DNA of 49,284 nt from an uncultured Elusimicrobiaceae bacterium (GTDB taxonomy: Bacteria; Elusimicrobiota; Elusimicrobia; Elusimicrobiales; UBA9959): the NCBI GenBank assembly GCA_964622585.1, contig CAZUQT010000004.1, forward strand, positions 1 to 49,284, read 5' to 3'. Positions within the stretch are counted from its first letter, which is position 1, and every line of letters starts with the position of its first letter. Positions 27,420-37,943 of this stretch are shown piece by piece. The notes beneath the pieces were generated by a model. That model made no database searches. It had not been told where the DNA came from and saw only the letters and a program-made list of their open reading frames with translations. The position numbers were made by a program, and so were the translations under genes.

Positions 27420-28005
27420 GAAAAAATTCTTTACTACTTCGGAAATAGCGCAAGTATGCGGGGTGGCGCATACCACCGTTATAAGATGGATAGGTGAAGG
27501 AAAACTTAAAGCCCACGAAACTCCGGGCGGGCACAGACGTATAGAGCGGGGCGACCTACTTGATTTCCTGAAGCGCTTCAATATACCGGTTCCGGCTTCG
27601 CTGGCGGATGCCCGCTTCAGGGTGCTTGTCGTTGACGACGAGAGTGTTATGCTATCCATGATACGCAAAATGTTCGAAGGATTCCCGGACGAGATAGAAC
27701 TGCACATGGCCACACACGGGATGGTGGCCCTTATGCTGATAGGTAAAATACCTTTCAATCTTGTCATACTGGACGTATTAATGCCGGATATGGACGGAAT
27801 AGAAGTCTGCAGGGAACTGAAGCGCAATCCCGACACGGCCGATATAAAGATAATAGCCATCACCGGCAAGCAGTTGACCGAGGAACAGGAAGAGTATCTT
27901 GACCGTAACGTCGAGTCCCTGCTGAAAAAACCTTTTTCTCCTATTGCCCTCCTTAAGCGGATAGATGAGATACGCGGGAGACGGTCAAAGGAGCAGTCTT
28001 CATGA
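27418..28005 (+). CDS. Response regulator with an N-terminal excisionase/MerR-like (HTH_17) DNA-binding domain
   Basis: FFTTSEIAQVCGVAHTTVIRWI..GKL...TPGGHRRI followed by REC (VVDDE, ILDVLMP, KKPF). Confidence 0.9.
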   Translation: MKKFFTTSEIAQVCGVAHTTVIRWIGEGKLKAHETPGGHRRIERGDLLDFLKRFNIPVPASLADARFRVLVVDDESVMLSMIRKMFEGFPDEIELHMATHGMVALMLIGKIPFNLVILDVLMPDMDGIEVCRELKRNPDTADIKIIAITGKQLTEEQEEYLDRNVESLLKKPFSPIALLKRIDEIRGRRSKEQSS

Positions 28006-29747
28006 CGCTAAAAGAAACAACGGCTGTCAGGCTGCTGGTGGAGTATCTTAAAGGCGAAGGGGTGGAATACGTTTTCGGGATCCCGGGCGGCGCCCTGATA
28101 AATTTTTACGAGGCCATGTTCGATCTGGGTGGGATAAAGGCTGTTCTGGCCAAGCACGAGGGCGGCGCGGCCTTCATGGCCGATGGTTACGCCAGGGCCA
28201 GCGGCAAAATAGGGGTCTGTTGCTCCACTACCGGCCCCGGCGTGACGAACCTGATAACGGGAATAGCCTGCGCTTACGCGGATTCGATTCCCATGCTCGT
28301 TATTACCGGGCAGGTGTCGACCGCGTCCTTCGGGAAAGGGGCTTTCCAGGAAAGTTCCTGCCACGGGGTGGACGTGGTCGATATGCTCAAGCCGGTCACT
28401 AAAAGCAGCGTAATGATACCATCAGCGGAAAAAACCGGTGATGTCGTAAGGGCCGCGCTCAGGACTGCCATGAGCGGCAGAAAAGGACCTGTGCACATTA
28501 ACTTTCCGATGGACTTTATGAAGAAACCGGTAAAGTACTGCGTGGTCCCCTACGCGGAATACAGGGTTACGTCAAACCAGTTCGACCGCGAGGCTATAAA
28601 AGCGGCTTCCAGGGAACTTGTGAACGCGAAAAGGCCGGCTATACTGGCCGGCAGTGGAGTAAACCTGGCCGGGGCCTGCGAAGAACTTAAAAGGCTGGCG
28701 GAAAAACTGAATATACCGGTGGCAACCTCGCCCAAGGCTAAAGGCACATTTCCGGAAAATCACCTGCTTTCGTTGGGGGTTTTGGGATTCGGGGCTTCGC
28801 TCCAGGCGGAAAAATACCTTTTGTCGGGCGAGGTGGACGTGCTTTTGACCGTCGGCGCCAGCCTTGGAGAGGCGTCGACGTGCGGCTGGGATCCTAGATT
28901 GCAACCGCAAAAAGCCCTGCTGCAAATAGACATAGACCCGCAGGAAATAAGCAAAAACTATTCCGCCACCCACGGGATGCTGGGCGATGCCCGAGCGGCG
29001 CTCAGGGAATTGAATTTTCAGGTAGAGCGCGATATGCGCTGGCTTACGGCCCCGGAGGGGCGCTCTACGCGATGGATACGGGATTTCAAGGAATCCAACC
29101 CGCGACACATAGCTCCGGAAAAGATGGATTCCGAAGAAATGCCGTTGAAGCCGCAAAGGGTCATTAAAGAGCTCCAGGAGGCTTTGTCGGCGGACACGAT
29201 GCTGTTTGTGGATGCCGGGACCTCAGTTTTCTGGGCTTTCCATTACTTCTGCTCCTGCGAGCCCGGGAATTTTTTCATGAACACGGGGCTTTTTTCCATG
29301 GGGCATGGCACTGCGGCGTGCATAGGCGGGAAGCTTGCGCGCCCCGACAAGAACGTTGTGGCCCTGGTGGGGGACGCGGCGTTCGCCATGAACGGGATGG
29401 AGGTGCATACCGCCGTCGACCTGAACCTCCCGGTGGTCTGGCTGGTGCTCAATAACGGAGGGTGCGGCATGATATACCACGGCGAAAGAATGCTGTTCGG
29501 AGATAAATTCACGTGCAGTTTATACGGAAAAAGACTGGATATAGCGGGAATAGCAAAAGGGCTCGGGGCGCTCTCCTTCCAAGCAAAAAGGCCGGGAGAA
29601 GTGAAAACCTGCCTGTCAGAGGCGCTGAAGAGCGGCAGGCCATCCGTTATTGAAGTGGAAGTTGACCTTTATGAAGTTCCGCCTATGGGAAACAGGATGA
29701 AAACGTTCGATAAAATAGCTGCGGCGGAAGCGGTTAAAGCCGCGTGA
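28002..29747 (+). CDS. Thiamine-diphosphate-dependent enzyme (acetolactate synthase-like family)
   Basis: VFGIPGG, HEGGAAFMADGYAR, GPGVTN and the ThDP motif GDAAF...NN. Confidence 0.92.
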   Translation: MTLKETTAVRLLVEYLKGEGVEYVFGIPGGALINFYEAMFDLGGIKAVLAKHEGGAAFMADGYARASGKIGVCCSTTGPGVTNLITGIACAYADSIPMLVITGQVSTASFGKGAFQESSCHGVDVVDMLKPVTKSSVMIPSAEKTGDVVRAALRTAMSGRKGPVHINFPMDFMKKPVKYCVVPYAEYRVTSNQFDREAIKAASRELVNAKRPAILAGSGVNLAGACEELKRLAEKLNIPVATSPKAKGTFPENHLLSLGVLGFGASLQAEKYLLSGEVDVLLTVGASLGEASTCGWDPRLQPQKALLQIDIDPQEISKNYSATHGMLGDARAALRELNFQVERDMRWLTAPEGRSTRWIRDFKESNPRHIAPEKMDSEEMPLKPQRVIKELQEALSADTMLFVDAGTSVFWAFHYFCSCEPGNFFMNTGLFSMGHGTAACIGGKLARPDKNVVALVGDAAFAMNGMEVHTAVDLNLPVVWLVLNNGGCGMIYHGERMLFGDKFTCSLYGKRLDIAGIAKGLGALSFQAKRPGEVKTCLSEALKSGRPSVIEVEVDLYEVPPMGNRMKTFDKIAAAEAVKAA

Positions 29748-29794
29748 GCGTTGATTTTTTAAGTGCCGGACTTCATTGCTAAACTCAGGCAACC

Positions 29795-31300
29795 ATGAAA
29801 ACCGCCTCGATGAGACTTGTGGGCTTGTGTCTGCTGCAGTTCCTGTTGCTCGCAGCTGCGGCTTGTCCCGTTTTTTCAAGGGTTCTCAATGTCTGCGACG
29901 ATGTCTCCGACCCGATAACGCTTGACCCGCAGAAGCAGTTCTCTGAAAAAAACTATACGCTATGCTGGCAGATATTTGAGGGCCTGGTCCGGTTCGACCC
30001 GGATGGGAAAATTGAGCCGGCGCTGGCGGTTTCCTGGGAGCGGATAGACGGCACCCGCATGCGCTTCAGGCTGCGCGAGGGAGTGAGGTTCCATAACGGC
30101 GAGCCCTTTGATTCCGAATCTGTTAAATTCAGCATAGAGCGGTATCTTGATCCGAAAACCGGCTTTCCGGCAATGTTCTTCATTGACCCCATCAGTCATG
30201 TGGAAATAGTAGATGCGCATACTGCGGATATAATCACAAAGTATCCTGACAGTATTATTTTAAACCGTCTTGCCGGGTTAGTGCTGATGATTCCGCCTGA
30301 ATATATACGGAAAAAGGGGGGTGAGTATTTCGCCCGGCATCCGGTGGGAACGGGGGCTTTTGTCTTTAAAGAGTGGAAAACCGGTTACAGTATCGAACTG
30401 ACGGCCAATAAAGATTACTGGCTTAAAGGTTATCCAAAGGTCGACGGAGTCGTGTTTAAATTTATTCCTTATGAAAAACAGGTCGCGGCGCTGTTGGCGG
30501 GGGTGGTCGACCTGTTGACAGATCTGCCCGGTACTCAGACGTTAAAAGTTAAGGCGCGGCCAAACTTTACCGTGCTTAAAAAGGCTTCTTTTTATACCAT
30601 GCCTTTCTCGCTGAACCTGTCCTCCGGGCCGCTGGGCAGTGTGAAAGTGCGGAAAGCCCTGAATCACGCCGTAAACAAGGAGAACCTGATACGCTACGAT
30701 ATTTTAGGGAATGGAAATCCTATCGCCACGTTGAGCATGCCGGGTGAAACGGGCCACGATCCCGCCTTAAAACCTTATAGGTATGATCCGGTGAAAGCTA
30801 AAAAGCTGCTGGCCGAGGCCGGCTACCCGCGGGGCTTCTCCCTGGAGTTCCTGGTAAAAAAGAACGCCGAACGTACCGCCAGGATCGTAGCCGCCGAGCT
30901 TAAGAAAATAGGAGTCGAGCTGAACATTTCGCTCGTGTCGGATGCCGACATGATCAAAGAGTTTAAAAGCGGGAGGTATGGCATGTTCATAGGAAGCTGT
31001 CCGGATCCTATCGCTCATGCCTATTTTATTCAGTCGATAGTCCTGCTTTCGGGCTCCCCATATGCCTGGGGAGGTGATGTCAAATATGACCGCATGGTTG
31101 CCAAAATGGTCTCAACCGTCAAACCAGAGGAATCCGCAAGGCTGGCGAAAGAAATTGATGGATATGTGTATGATAATGCGATGAGTATCTTCACCTACCA
31201 GAAGAACACGGTATACGGATTTGAGAAAAGCCTTTCATTCATTCCCTATGCCTCAGGAATGAATTCTTTCTTTTCTGCGGAATTCCACGGGAGGAAATAA
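29795..31300 (+). CDS. Family-5 (peptide/nickel-type) ABC solute-binding protein
   Basis: TLDP, IFEGLV, PALAVSW, LREGVRFHNG, PVGTGAF and VRKALNHAVN. Confidence 0.9.
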   Translation: MKTASMRLVGLCLLQFLLLAAAACPVFSRVLNVCDDVSDPITLDPQKQFSEKNYTLCWQIFEGLVRFDPDGKIEPALAVSWERIDGTRMRFRLREGVRFHNGEPFDSESVKFSIERYLDPKTGFPAMFFIDPISHVEIVDAHTADIITKYPDSIILNRLAGLVLMIPPEYIRKKGGEYFARHPVGTGAFVFKEWKTGYSIELTANKDYWLKGYPKVDGVVFKFIPYEKQVAALLAGVVDLLTDLPGTQTLKVKARPNFTVLKKASFYTMPFSLNLSSGPLGSVKVRKALNHAVNKENLIRYDILGNGNPIATLSMPGETGHDPALKPYRYDPVKAKKLLAEAGYPRGFSLEFLVKKNAERTARIVAAELKKIGVELNISLVSDADMIKEFKSGRYGMFIGSCPDPIAHAYFIQSIVLLSGSPYAWGGDVKYDRMVAKMVSTVKPEESARLAKEIDGYVYDNAMSIFTYQKNTVYGFEKSLSFIPYASGMNSFFSAEFHGRK

Positions 31301-31686
31301 TGAAGAAATTCCGGTTTTCTCCGCTGAGTGATTTTAAGGCAAGAAAATTCAGCGGTTTAAGTATAAGGTTCCTGAATATGCTTGAGGGCTGGCCCGTATC
31401 GATAGCGCATGAAGAAATTCCCCGGGATGGGAAGGACCTCCCTTTCGTGATACATGAAAGAACGAATGAATTTGTTTATATTTTAAGTGGCGGGGGGGAG
31501 GCCTGGGTAGGGACTAAAAGTTTTAAGGTTGCCGCCGGCGATTGTCTTTTAATACCCCCGGGAGTCAAACATCGTTTTGTTACAGGAAAGAAACCGATAG
31601 TCGCGCTTTCCGTGTTCTCTCCCCCGATGACTTTTGATGATCTTGACGCGATAACTTGCCAGGCATCCCAGAAAAGGCGCGCCTAA
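31300..31686 (+). CDS. Cupin-domain protein
   Basis: HERTNEFVYILSG and GDCLLIPPGVKH cupin motifs. Confidence 0.88.
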   Translation: MKKFRFSPLSDFKARKFSGLSIRFLNMLEGWPVSIAHEEIPRDGKDLPFVIHERTNEFVYILSGGGEAWVGTKSFKVAAGDCLLIPPGVKHRFVTGKKPIVALSVFSPPMTFDDLDAITCQASQKRRA

Positions 31687-31692
31687 AGTACT

Positions 31693-34600
31693 ATGAAATT
31701 AGCGCTCCCCGAGAACACGACTCTCTCCCGGCGGTTCATGCTCGGGGTCGTTCCTGTTTCCCTTGCTGGTATAGTGCTGCTGGGCGCTTCCGCGTTCTAT
31801 TACACGAAACTGCATATTACAAAGAGCGTCAACAGGGAAATGGACACCTTCAGCAAGGGGGCGGCGTCAAGCGTTTCGGCTTTCTTTAGGCAGAGGGAAA
31901 ACGACATTGAAACCCTTTCCGGCACTTCGCTGCTGGCGGATTATTACAACAACGTCGATTATGGTCTTTCCGAGGAGGCCGGACAGTACCGCCGGGAGCT
32001 CGAACGGTATTTTAAAAGTTTTTCTGAAAGGGCCAAAGTATACAACCGGGTATTTTTCGCGGACGCTTACGGACGCCCTATATGCGGGATAGAGAATACA
32101 ATGCCCATGCCCGCAGGAAAGTATTCCGGCGCGGCTTTGATACTCGGACAGGCTGCCGCCGCGAAAACAGGAAAGGTGTTGATGTCCCCTGTTTCGGTCG
32201 ATCCGCTGTACGGGCCGCGGATAACCTATGCCAGGCCGGTTTTCGACGAACTTGGAAAATTACGCGGCGCCGTCGTCCTTGAAACCAGCCTCAGGCCGCT
32301 GCAGGGTATTCTGGCCCGGCTGCGGGTCGGGGCTCACGGTAAAGCCTATATAACGGATTCAGCGGACGTCCCCGTGCTGGCGTGGACGGACGTTTATGAG
32401 GCCGGTCCGGTTTCTCCAGATGATTTCACCGCCCGTGAAAGCATACCCGGCACGGAGCTGCGCGTTATGCTGGCGGCCCCTATGAGCGATTTCCACGACC
32501 CGCTTACCAGTATAAGCAGGGTTACCGTGCTCTTGGTGCTTCTGTGCGGATTGCTGGTCTGGGTCTTTATCTATTTCACCATAAGGGGAATGACGCGGCC
32601 CGTAGAGGAACTGGTGCGGGCGACGCGGTCGCTTGCGGAAGGGCGCGCATTTAAAAAAGTGAACATCTCCAGCCGCGACGAAATAGGCGTCCTTGCCGAT
32701 TCCTTCAATGCCATGGGCACACAGTTGATGGAGCGTACCAGGGACCTGGAGTCGCGTATAAAGGAGCTCCTGGTCCTGCAGGGCATGAGCGCCGCTGTTC
32801 TGGAAAATCTCGAGGAAGAGCATATCTGCAGGGTATGCCTTGAGGCGGCTGTGTCGGGACTGGGTTTCGACCGGGGCATACTTTATCTTGTTGATGCGGA
32901 GAAAAAACTGATTATGGGCCGCTACGTGCATTCCACCGAGGAGGTGGGCTTCGACGAAGATAAAATGCGGGCCCGCGTCGTTCCGCTTGACAGCGACGAC
33001 ATCCTGGCCGAGGTGGTACGCAAAAAAAAGGCCGTAAACGTGAAAAACACCGGGGATGCGCCCGGGATCAACAGACGTTTTATAGAAGAAGTTGCCACAA
33101 AGGCCTTCTGCCTTGTCCCCGTCATGACCGAACAGAAAGTGCTGGGCATCATAGGCGCGGATAATTATTATTCCGGGAGGGTGATCACGGACGATCAGAT
33201 GCATGACCTTGCGCTGTTCGGCAACTTTACGGCCCTCGCGCTTGAAAACGCGAGCCTTGTAAGAAGCGTGAAAATATCGGAGGTGCGCTACCGCACGGTC
33301 CTTGATAACTCACCCGACGCGATAGTAGGCCTTGATGCCTCTTTGCGCGTGAACGTCTGGAACAGGGGTGCGCAGGCACTTTTCGGCTATGCCGCGGAAG
33401 ATATTTCCGGACAGTTGGTTTCCAGACTGTTCGACCCATTGGCTTTTGAAGGCATCCTGCGTCAGATCAGGAAGAGCGGCTTTTTCTCCGATTCGTGTGT
33501 TCCGGGCGTAAACTCAACCGGAAAAAAACTGGAGCTTGATGTGGCTTGGGCGGGTTCCGGCAAAGTCCCCGGCAACAGGGAAGAGTGGACCGTGGTTATA
33601 CGGGATACCTCCGCGCAGCGCAAGACGCAGGCCCAGCTTATCCAGGCGGAGAAGCTTTCCGCGGTGGGCCAGCTCATCTCAGGGGTGGCGCATGAACTTA
33701 ACAACCCTCTGGGCGCTATAATAGGCTACGCGGAGATACTTTACAGGAACCGCGCCGGCGGCATGTCCCTCGTTCCGGCCGCAGACCTTGCGGCCATCTA
33801 TGAAAGTTCCGTGCGCTGCGGCAAGATAATTAAAAACCTGCTCATATTTGTAAGGGAGACCCGTAATAAAAAACAGACACTCTCGCTGGAGCAGGTTGTG
33901 AACAGTTCAATAGGAATGATGGACTACAAGCTGAAAAAGACAGAGAATATCGGCGTGACAGTTCAGATAAACAGTCATCTTCCTCCCATAATGGCGGATT
34001 ATCACCAGATAGAGCAGATAATAGTGAACCTTATACAGAATGCCTGCGACGCCCTTTCCAAGAGTGATGGCGATAAAACGATTAAAATCGACATCCGGCA
34101 CCACATAACCTCTGTTTTTGTAACTGTTGCCGACAATGGTCCCGGGATACCTCCGGACATCCTGCCGCGGATATTCGACCCGTTCTTTACCACAAAAGAG
34201 GAAGGGCAAGGCACAGGCCTCGGGCTTCCTATCTGCCGGCGGATAGCCGAAGAACACGGCGGCAGCATAACATGCGCCAGCGCGCCGGGAAAGGGGACGG
34301 TGTTCACGCTTGAGCTTCCTATCGTCAAGGCCGCCGGGGAGGCGCTGGAAAAAGAAGAAACGCCCCGTAAGCCCGCCCCGGGGCGGAGAATACTAGCGGT
34401 GGACGACGAGCCCGCTATGCTCGCCATGCTGCGGCGCATGCTTGAGGACGCCGGGCAGGTTGTCGACGGCGCTTCTTCGGGCGCGGAGGGCGTTGAGAAA
34501 CTTAACGGCGGCAAATATGACCTGGTGATCTGTGACGTAGAGATGGGACCCGTAAAAGGCTTTTCGGTCAGGGAGGCCATGCTTGAAATGGGCTCCACGG

Positions 34601-34737
34601 CGGGTTTTATCTTTACCACGGGGAACGTTCTGAGCGCCTCGCTTATGGGAAAACTCAAAGAATCCAAGGTCCCGTTCCTCGCTAAACCTTTCAGCATGGA
34701 CGAACTGTACGGCGCCATCAATGATGCTTTGGCCTGA
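31693..34737 (+). CDS. Hybrid sensor kinase (TM, Cache-like, HAMP, GAF, PAS, HisKA, HATPase, REC)
   Basis: DEIGVLADSFNAM (HAMP), FCLVPV..VLGII (GAF), QAEKLSAVGQLISGVAHELNNPL, GTGLGL, C-terminal REC. Confidence 0.93.
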   Translation: MKLALPENTTLSRRFMLGVVPVSLAGIVLLGASAFYYTKLHITKSVNREMDTFSKGAASSVSAFFRQRENDIETLSGTSLLADYYNNVDYGLSEEAGQYRRELERYFKSFSERAKVYNRVFFADAYGRPICGIENTMPMPAGKYSGAALILGQAAAAKTGKVLMSPVSVDPLYGPRITYARPVFDELGKLRGAVVLETSLRPLQGILARLRVGAHGKAYITDSADVPVLAWTDVYEAGPVSPDDFTARESIPGTELRVMLAAPMSDFHDPLTSISRVTVLLVLLCGLLVWVFIYFTIRGMTRPVEELVRATRSLAEGRAFKKVNISSRDEIGVLADSFNAMGTQLMERTRDLESRIKELLVLQGMSAAVLENLEEEHICRVCLEAAVSGLGFDRGILYLVDAEKKLIMGRYVHSTEEVGFDEDKMRARVVPLDSDDILAEVVRKKKAVNVKNTGDAPGINRRFIEEVATKAFCLVPVMTEQKVLGIIGADNYYSGRVITDDQMHDLALFGNFTALALENASLVRSVKISEVRYRTVLDNSPDAIVGLDASLRVNVWNRGAQALFGYAAEDISGQLVSRLFDPLAFEGILRQIRKSGFFSDSCVPGVNSTGKKLELDVAWAGSGKVPGNREEWTVVIRDTSAQRKTQAQLIQAEKLSAVGQLISGVAHELNNPLGAIIGYAEILYRNRAGGMSLVPAADLAAIYESSVRCGKIIKNLLIFVRETRNKKQTLSLEQVVNSSIGMMDYKLKKTENIGVTVQINSHLPPIMADYHQIEQIIVNLIQNACDALSKSDGDKTIKIDIRHHITSVFVTVADNGPGIPPDILPRIFDPFFTTKEEGQGTGLGLPICRRIAEEHGGSITCASAPGKGTVFTLELPIVKAAGEALEKEETPRKPAPGRRILAVDDEPAMLAMLRRMLEDAGQVVDGASSGAEGVEKLNGGKYDLVICDVEMGPVKGFSVREAMLEMGSTAGFIFTTGNVLSASLMGKLKESKVPFLAKPFSMDELYGAINDALA

Positions 34738-34930
34738 CGGTGTACGCCTGAGGGTTTTGCTTGAAAACGCCCGTGATGGCATGACGCGTTTTAATATGGG
34801 GCTTCTGTCCGGTATACCTGTGGCGCAGGGGGAAGATCAGTTGGCACAGTGGTGTTCTCTGTTTTAGGTCCCGGGGACATTACCTGGCTGAGGTGGGGGG
34901 CTTTCAAAACCAGATACCACCTGTTCTTCC

Positions 34931-35479
34931 CTAATATTCTGGATAAAACTTTTTCATGCAATCAGGGCAGATTCCGTGTGAAAACGCCACTTTATAATAA
35001 CGGGAAACATATTCCTGCATCTGTTCATAGACGTTGTCGTCCCTTCGTATTCGTTTGCAGTGGGAGCATATCGGAATTAAGCGCTCGAGCTGGGCAAGCC
35101 GGTTCGTGGTTCTGCATATGCGTTCGGCTACTGCTAACCTGAACAGCAAAGCTTCCGTATCGATCGGTTTGGTCAGGAAATCGTCGGCGCCGTTTTTCAT
35201 TGCGTCGAAATAATTCTCCCGGCTGGTTTTCTCTCCGGTAAGGATTATTATATATGTGTAATCCTGCGTTTTGACCGCGCGGATTTCCCGGCAAACATCC
35301 AGGCCTGTTATCCCGGACATGGCCCAATCGCAGATTACGATGTCAAAGTGCCTGGTTTTATAACGGAACAGCGCATTCTCTCCCGAACTTTCGACTACCG
35401 CCCGGTGGCCGGCATTTGTTACCATTTCTTTCACCAGCGCTGAAAACGCCGGATCATCGTCTATTACCAGGACATTCAT
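34931..35479 (-). CDS. Response regulator with a C-terminal CxxC...SHGICPDC domain
   Basis: REC (VIDDD, ICDWAM, TKP) followed by ICSHCKRIR...FSHGICPDC. Confidence 0.88.
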   Translation of the reverse strand: MNVLVIDDDPAFSALVKEMVTNAGHRAVVESSGENALFRYKTRHFDIVICDWAMSGITGLDVCREIRAVKTQDYTYIIILTGEKTSRENYFDAMKNGADDFLTKPIDTEALLFRLAVAERICRTTNRLAQLERLIPICSHCKRIRRDDNVYEQMQEYVSRYYKVAFSHGICPDCMKKFYPEY

Positions 35480-35923
35480 AAATTATCCTCCCTGACGGTT
35501 CCGCTTCAATTAAACCATTTTTTAAGACCGGTATCCCGTGCAGTATATTTCCCGGGTAACCGCGTTTATGCTCATTACTGTAACCGGCACGGAACAAGGT
35601 TTTGAAGATGCCAAGCCGATGTGTAAATGTAGAAAAAGCCTCCAGCATAAAGCCTAGGGGAGTCACTTCCCATCTTGAAAATAAATTAATTGGATTCGCT
35701 CCTACCCGTAAAACTATACTACAGAAGGGCATTTTCTTCTTGTGGCAATTTCAATAACCGGACATTGAAGATGAACCCGCCCGGCTGGTTACTGCCCCGG
35801 CCATCCTTACGAATCACTTATCCTGCAACCGTCGGGCGAGCGGAAATTATTTGTGTGCGTATATTTAATTACGCGTGGCAGAATGCGATTCCGGGCGGAG
35901 GGCGATTGCGTTAGGAGAAACTT

Positions 35924-36301
35924 ATGATAAAAATTTTGGCGGCGGATGACGACCAAGCGATGGTAGCGTATTATACGGCGCTATTTTCCGAGGCCGGGCT
36001 GGAGATTAATACCGCCGAAGACGGCGCATCCGCCTTGGAGAAATGTCGGGACTTTAAGCCGGATCTGCTCATACTGGATGTGGATATGCCGAACGGCGGC
36101 GGGGCGCATGTCTTCACTGTTATCCGGCGCATCCTGCAGTTGGGGAAGCCGGTGATCTTTGTGACCGGCCTCCCTGAAAGTGTGAGGGGCCTTGCTTTAA
36201 CTTACCAGTTGGTGAGCGTATTTGGGAAGCCCGTGAATGGCGAGGTGCTGCTGGACGAAGTCAGGCGTTTGCTTGGTGCAGCCGGTGTCGCCTGGACCTA
36301 G
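35924..36301 (+). CDS. Single-domain response regulator
   Basis: AGGAG RBS; ILAADDD, ILDVDMP, VTG and KP. Confidence 0.88.
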   Translation: MIKILAADDDQAMVAYYTALFSEAGLEINTAEDGASALEKCRDFKPDLLILDVDMPNGGGAHVFTVIRRILQLGKPVIFVTGLPESVRGLALTYQLVSVFGKPVNGEVLLDEVRRLLGAAGVAWT

Positions 36302-36313
36302 CGGAAGAATATC

Positions 36314-37835
36314 TTAGCCAGGGCTGCCGGCTTTGTCCGTGGCAGACTTTTTCCACCAGCGCGCCGATTCAAGCTGGGCAGCGAATTCTGGATTTCTTTC
36401 TTTCAGCTCACTTTGAAGAACGGGGCGTTTTATGGCGTTATGGATCGGGCACCCTTTCAAGTTTCGAATATGGTTTTTAACCGGTGTGAAATCCGCATCA
36501 AGAAGTATCTCCACCAGAGGTTTTGTAAGAGAACCTTTGACCGGTTTAATCACACGGGCTATTTCTCCGCTTGAAAGCGCCACTAAAGAAAAAGGCGGGT
36601 ATAGTGAAAGGGCGCTTACAAGCGATTTTATGATCTTTGCGCTATGTTTTTGCTGTCCTTCTTCAATAAACTGTCTAATGACTTCATGTGGATGGCAGCC
36701 CTCGCGCCATGCTCTCAGGTGCGTCATTGCCTCGTAAATGTCGGCTACTCCTATGATCTGGGCCAGTAAATCAATTTCTTTGCCTGAAAGCCTTAAGGGG
36801 TATCCGCTCCCGTCAACACGTTCATGTGCTTGGCGAATTATTTTTTTAGCCCGTTCCTTTATATGTGGATTCATCCCCGTGATGAGTTCAAGCTTGGCTG
36901 TCCCTGCCTCTACATGACGGGTAATCCTATAAAACTTTGAGTCATTTAAATACGCTCTTTTTGTGTAAAGCTCCTGAAACCCGGTCATGCCAAGGTCATT
37001 TGCCATGGCACAGAAAGAAAGCAGGGGCATGTCCTCCTTCGATAGGCCATAATCAAGCGCGATAGCCTGGCTTAGGATAGTGACATTGGCGGCATGGGCA
37101 TAAAGATAATTATCAGCGCTGGAAAAAGCGGCGCAGTTGATAATCGCCGGGTTCTTTTCCAGCACTTCAAGGGTTAAGGCGCAAAGATCGCTTATTGCCT
37201 CATATGTTGTAGTATGTGCTTTGTCTGGTTGGTTTATAAGTTCCCTGGCCCCGGCAATGAGGAGGCCATAAACCTCTCTGGCTTCCGTATCAAGCTCGTG
37301 AAATTGTTTCTTGGGAGGCATCTCTTCTTGTTTTTTATCTTTATCTTTGACTGCGCAGCCGCGCTGATCTTAGAGGCGTCCTTTTTTGTTTCCGGAGTTT
37401 CCTCGGGAGGTGGCTCTTTAGTAGTTCTGGAGGAGGCTGACAGCACTAGTTCTGGGTTTTTTTCGGGTTCTGACGTGCACGATATCTTTTGCTCCCCTTT
37501 TTTATCCAACTCTTCATTATTGGCGGGTGGCGATGCCGAGGTAGGCCACGACAACCCCTGCGGGGTGAATTGACTGGCTTTTTTCAGCGTCTCAAGGAAA
37601 AATGAGAAAACCGTGCTAGGCATACTTGCGGAGCAATCTTTTCAACGGCGATCAGGTATTTATAGTAAGGGTTGGATTCACCGAAGGATCTGAGAACCTG
37701 CAAAACGTGCTGTTTCCAGAGTGCGAGGCCTAAGGGATTGGAAAGATACATGCCCCGACCGTACTTCGCGCCAGCCCGGAAATCTCTCTTTAACTCCTCC
37801 GCCTCTTTAATTAACTGGTCAATATAATCATTCAT
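36314..37835 (-). pseudogene. HD-GYP domain gene, probably split by two frameshifts (ORFs 37584-37835, 37234-37623, 36314-37321); HD replaced by ND
   Basis: Three overlapping same-strand ORFs in successive frames. The last has YAHAANV, ANDLGM, HERVDGSGYP and VADIYEAMT. Confidence 0.6.
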
Positions 37836-37943
37836 TTTAGCTGCCAGAAGACAGTCTGCGCAACGCGACTAAATCAATCTATTATTAAAATCTCGGTCAG
37901 GTGTATCTGTTCCCGGCGTGCATATCGAAAATATGCCCGGCGC

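Noticed and set aside
28002-29747. Assigning ilvB
   Set aside because: No regulatory subunit or ilv context; family-level call only.
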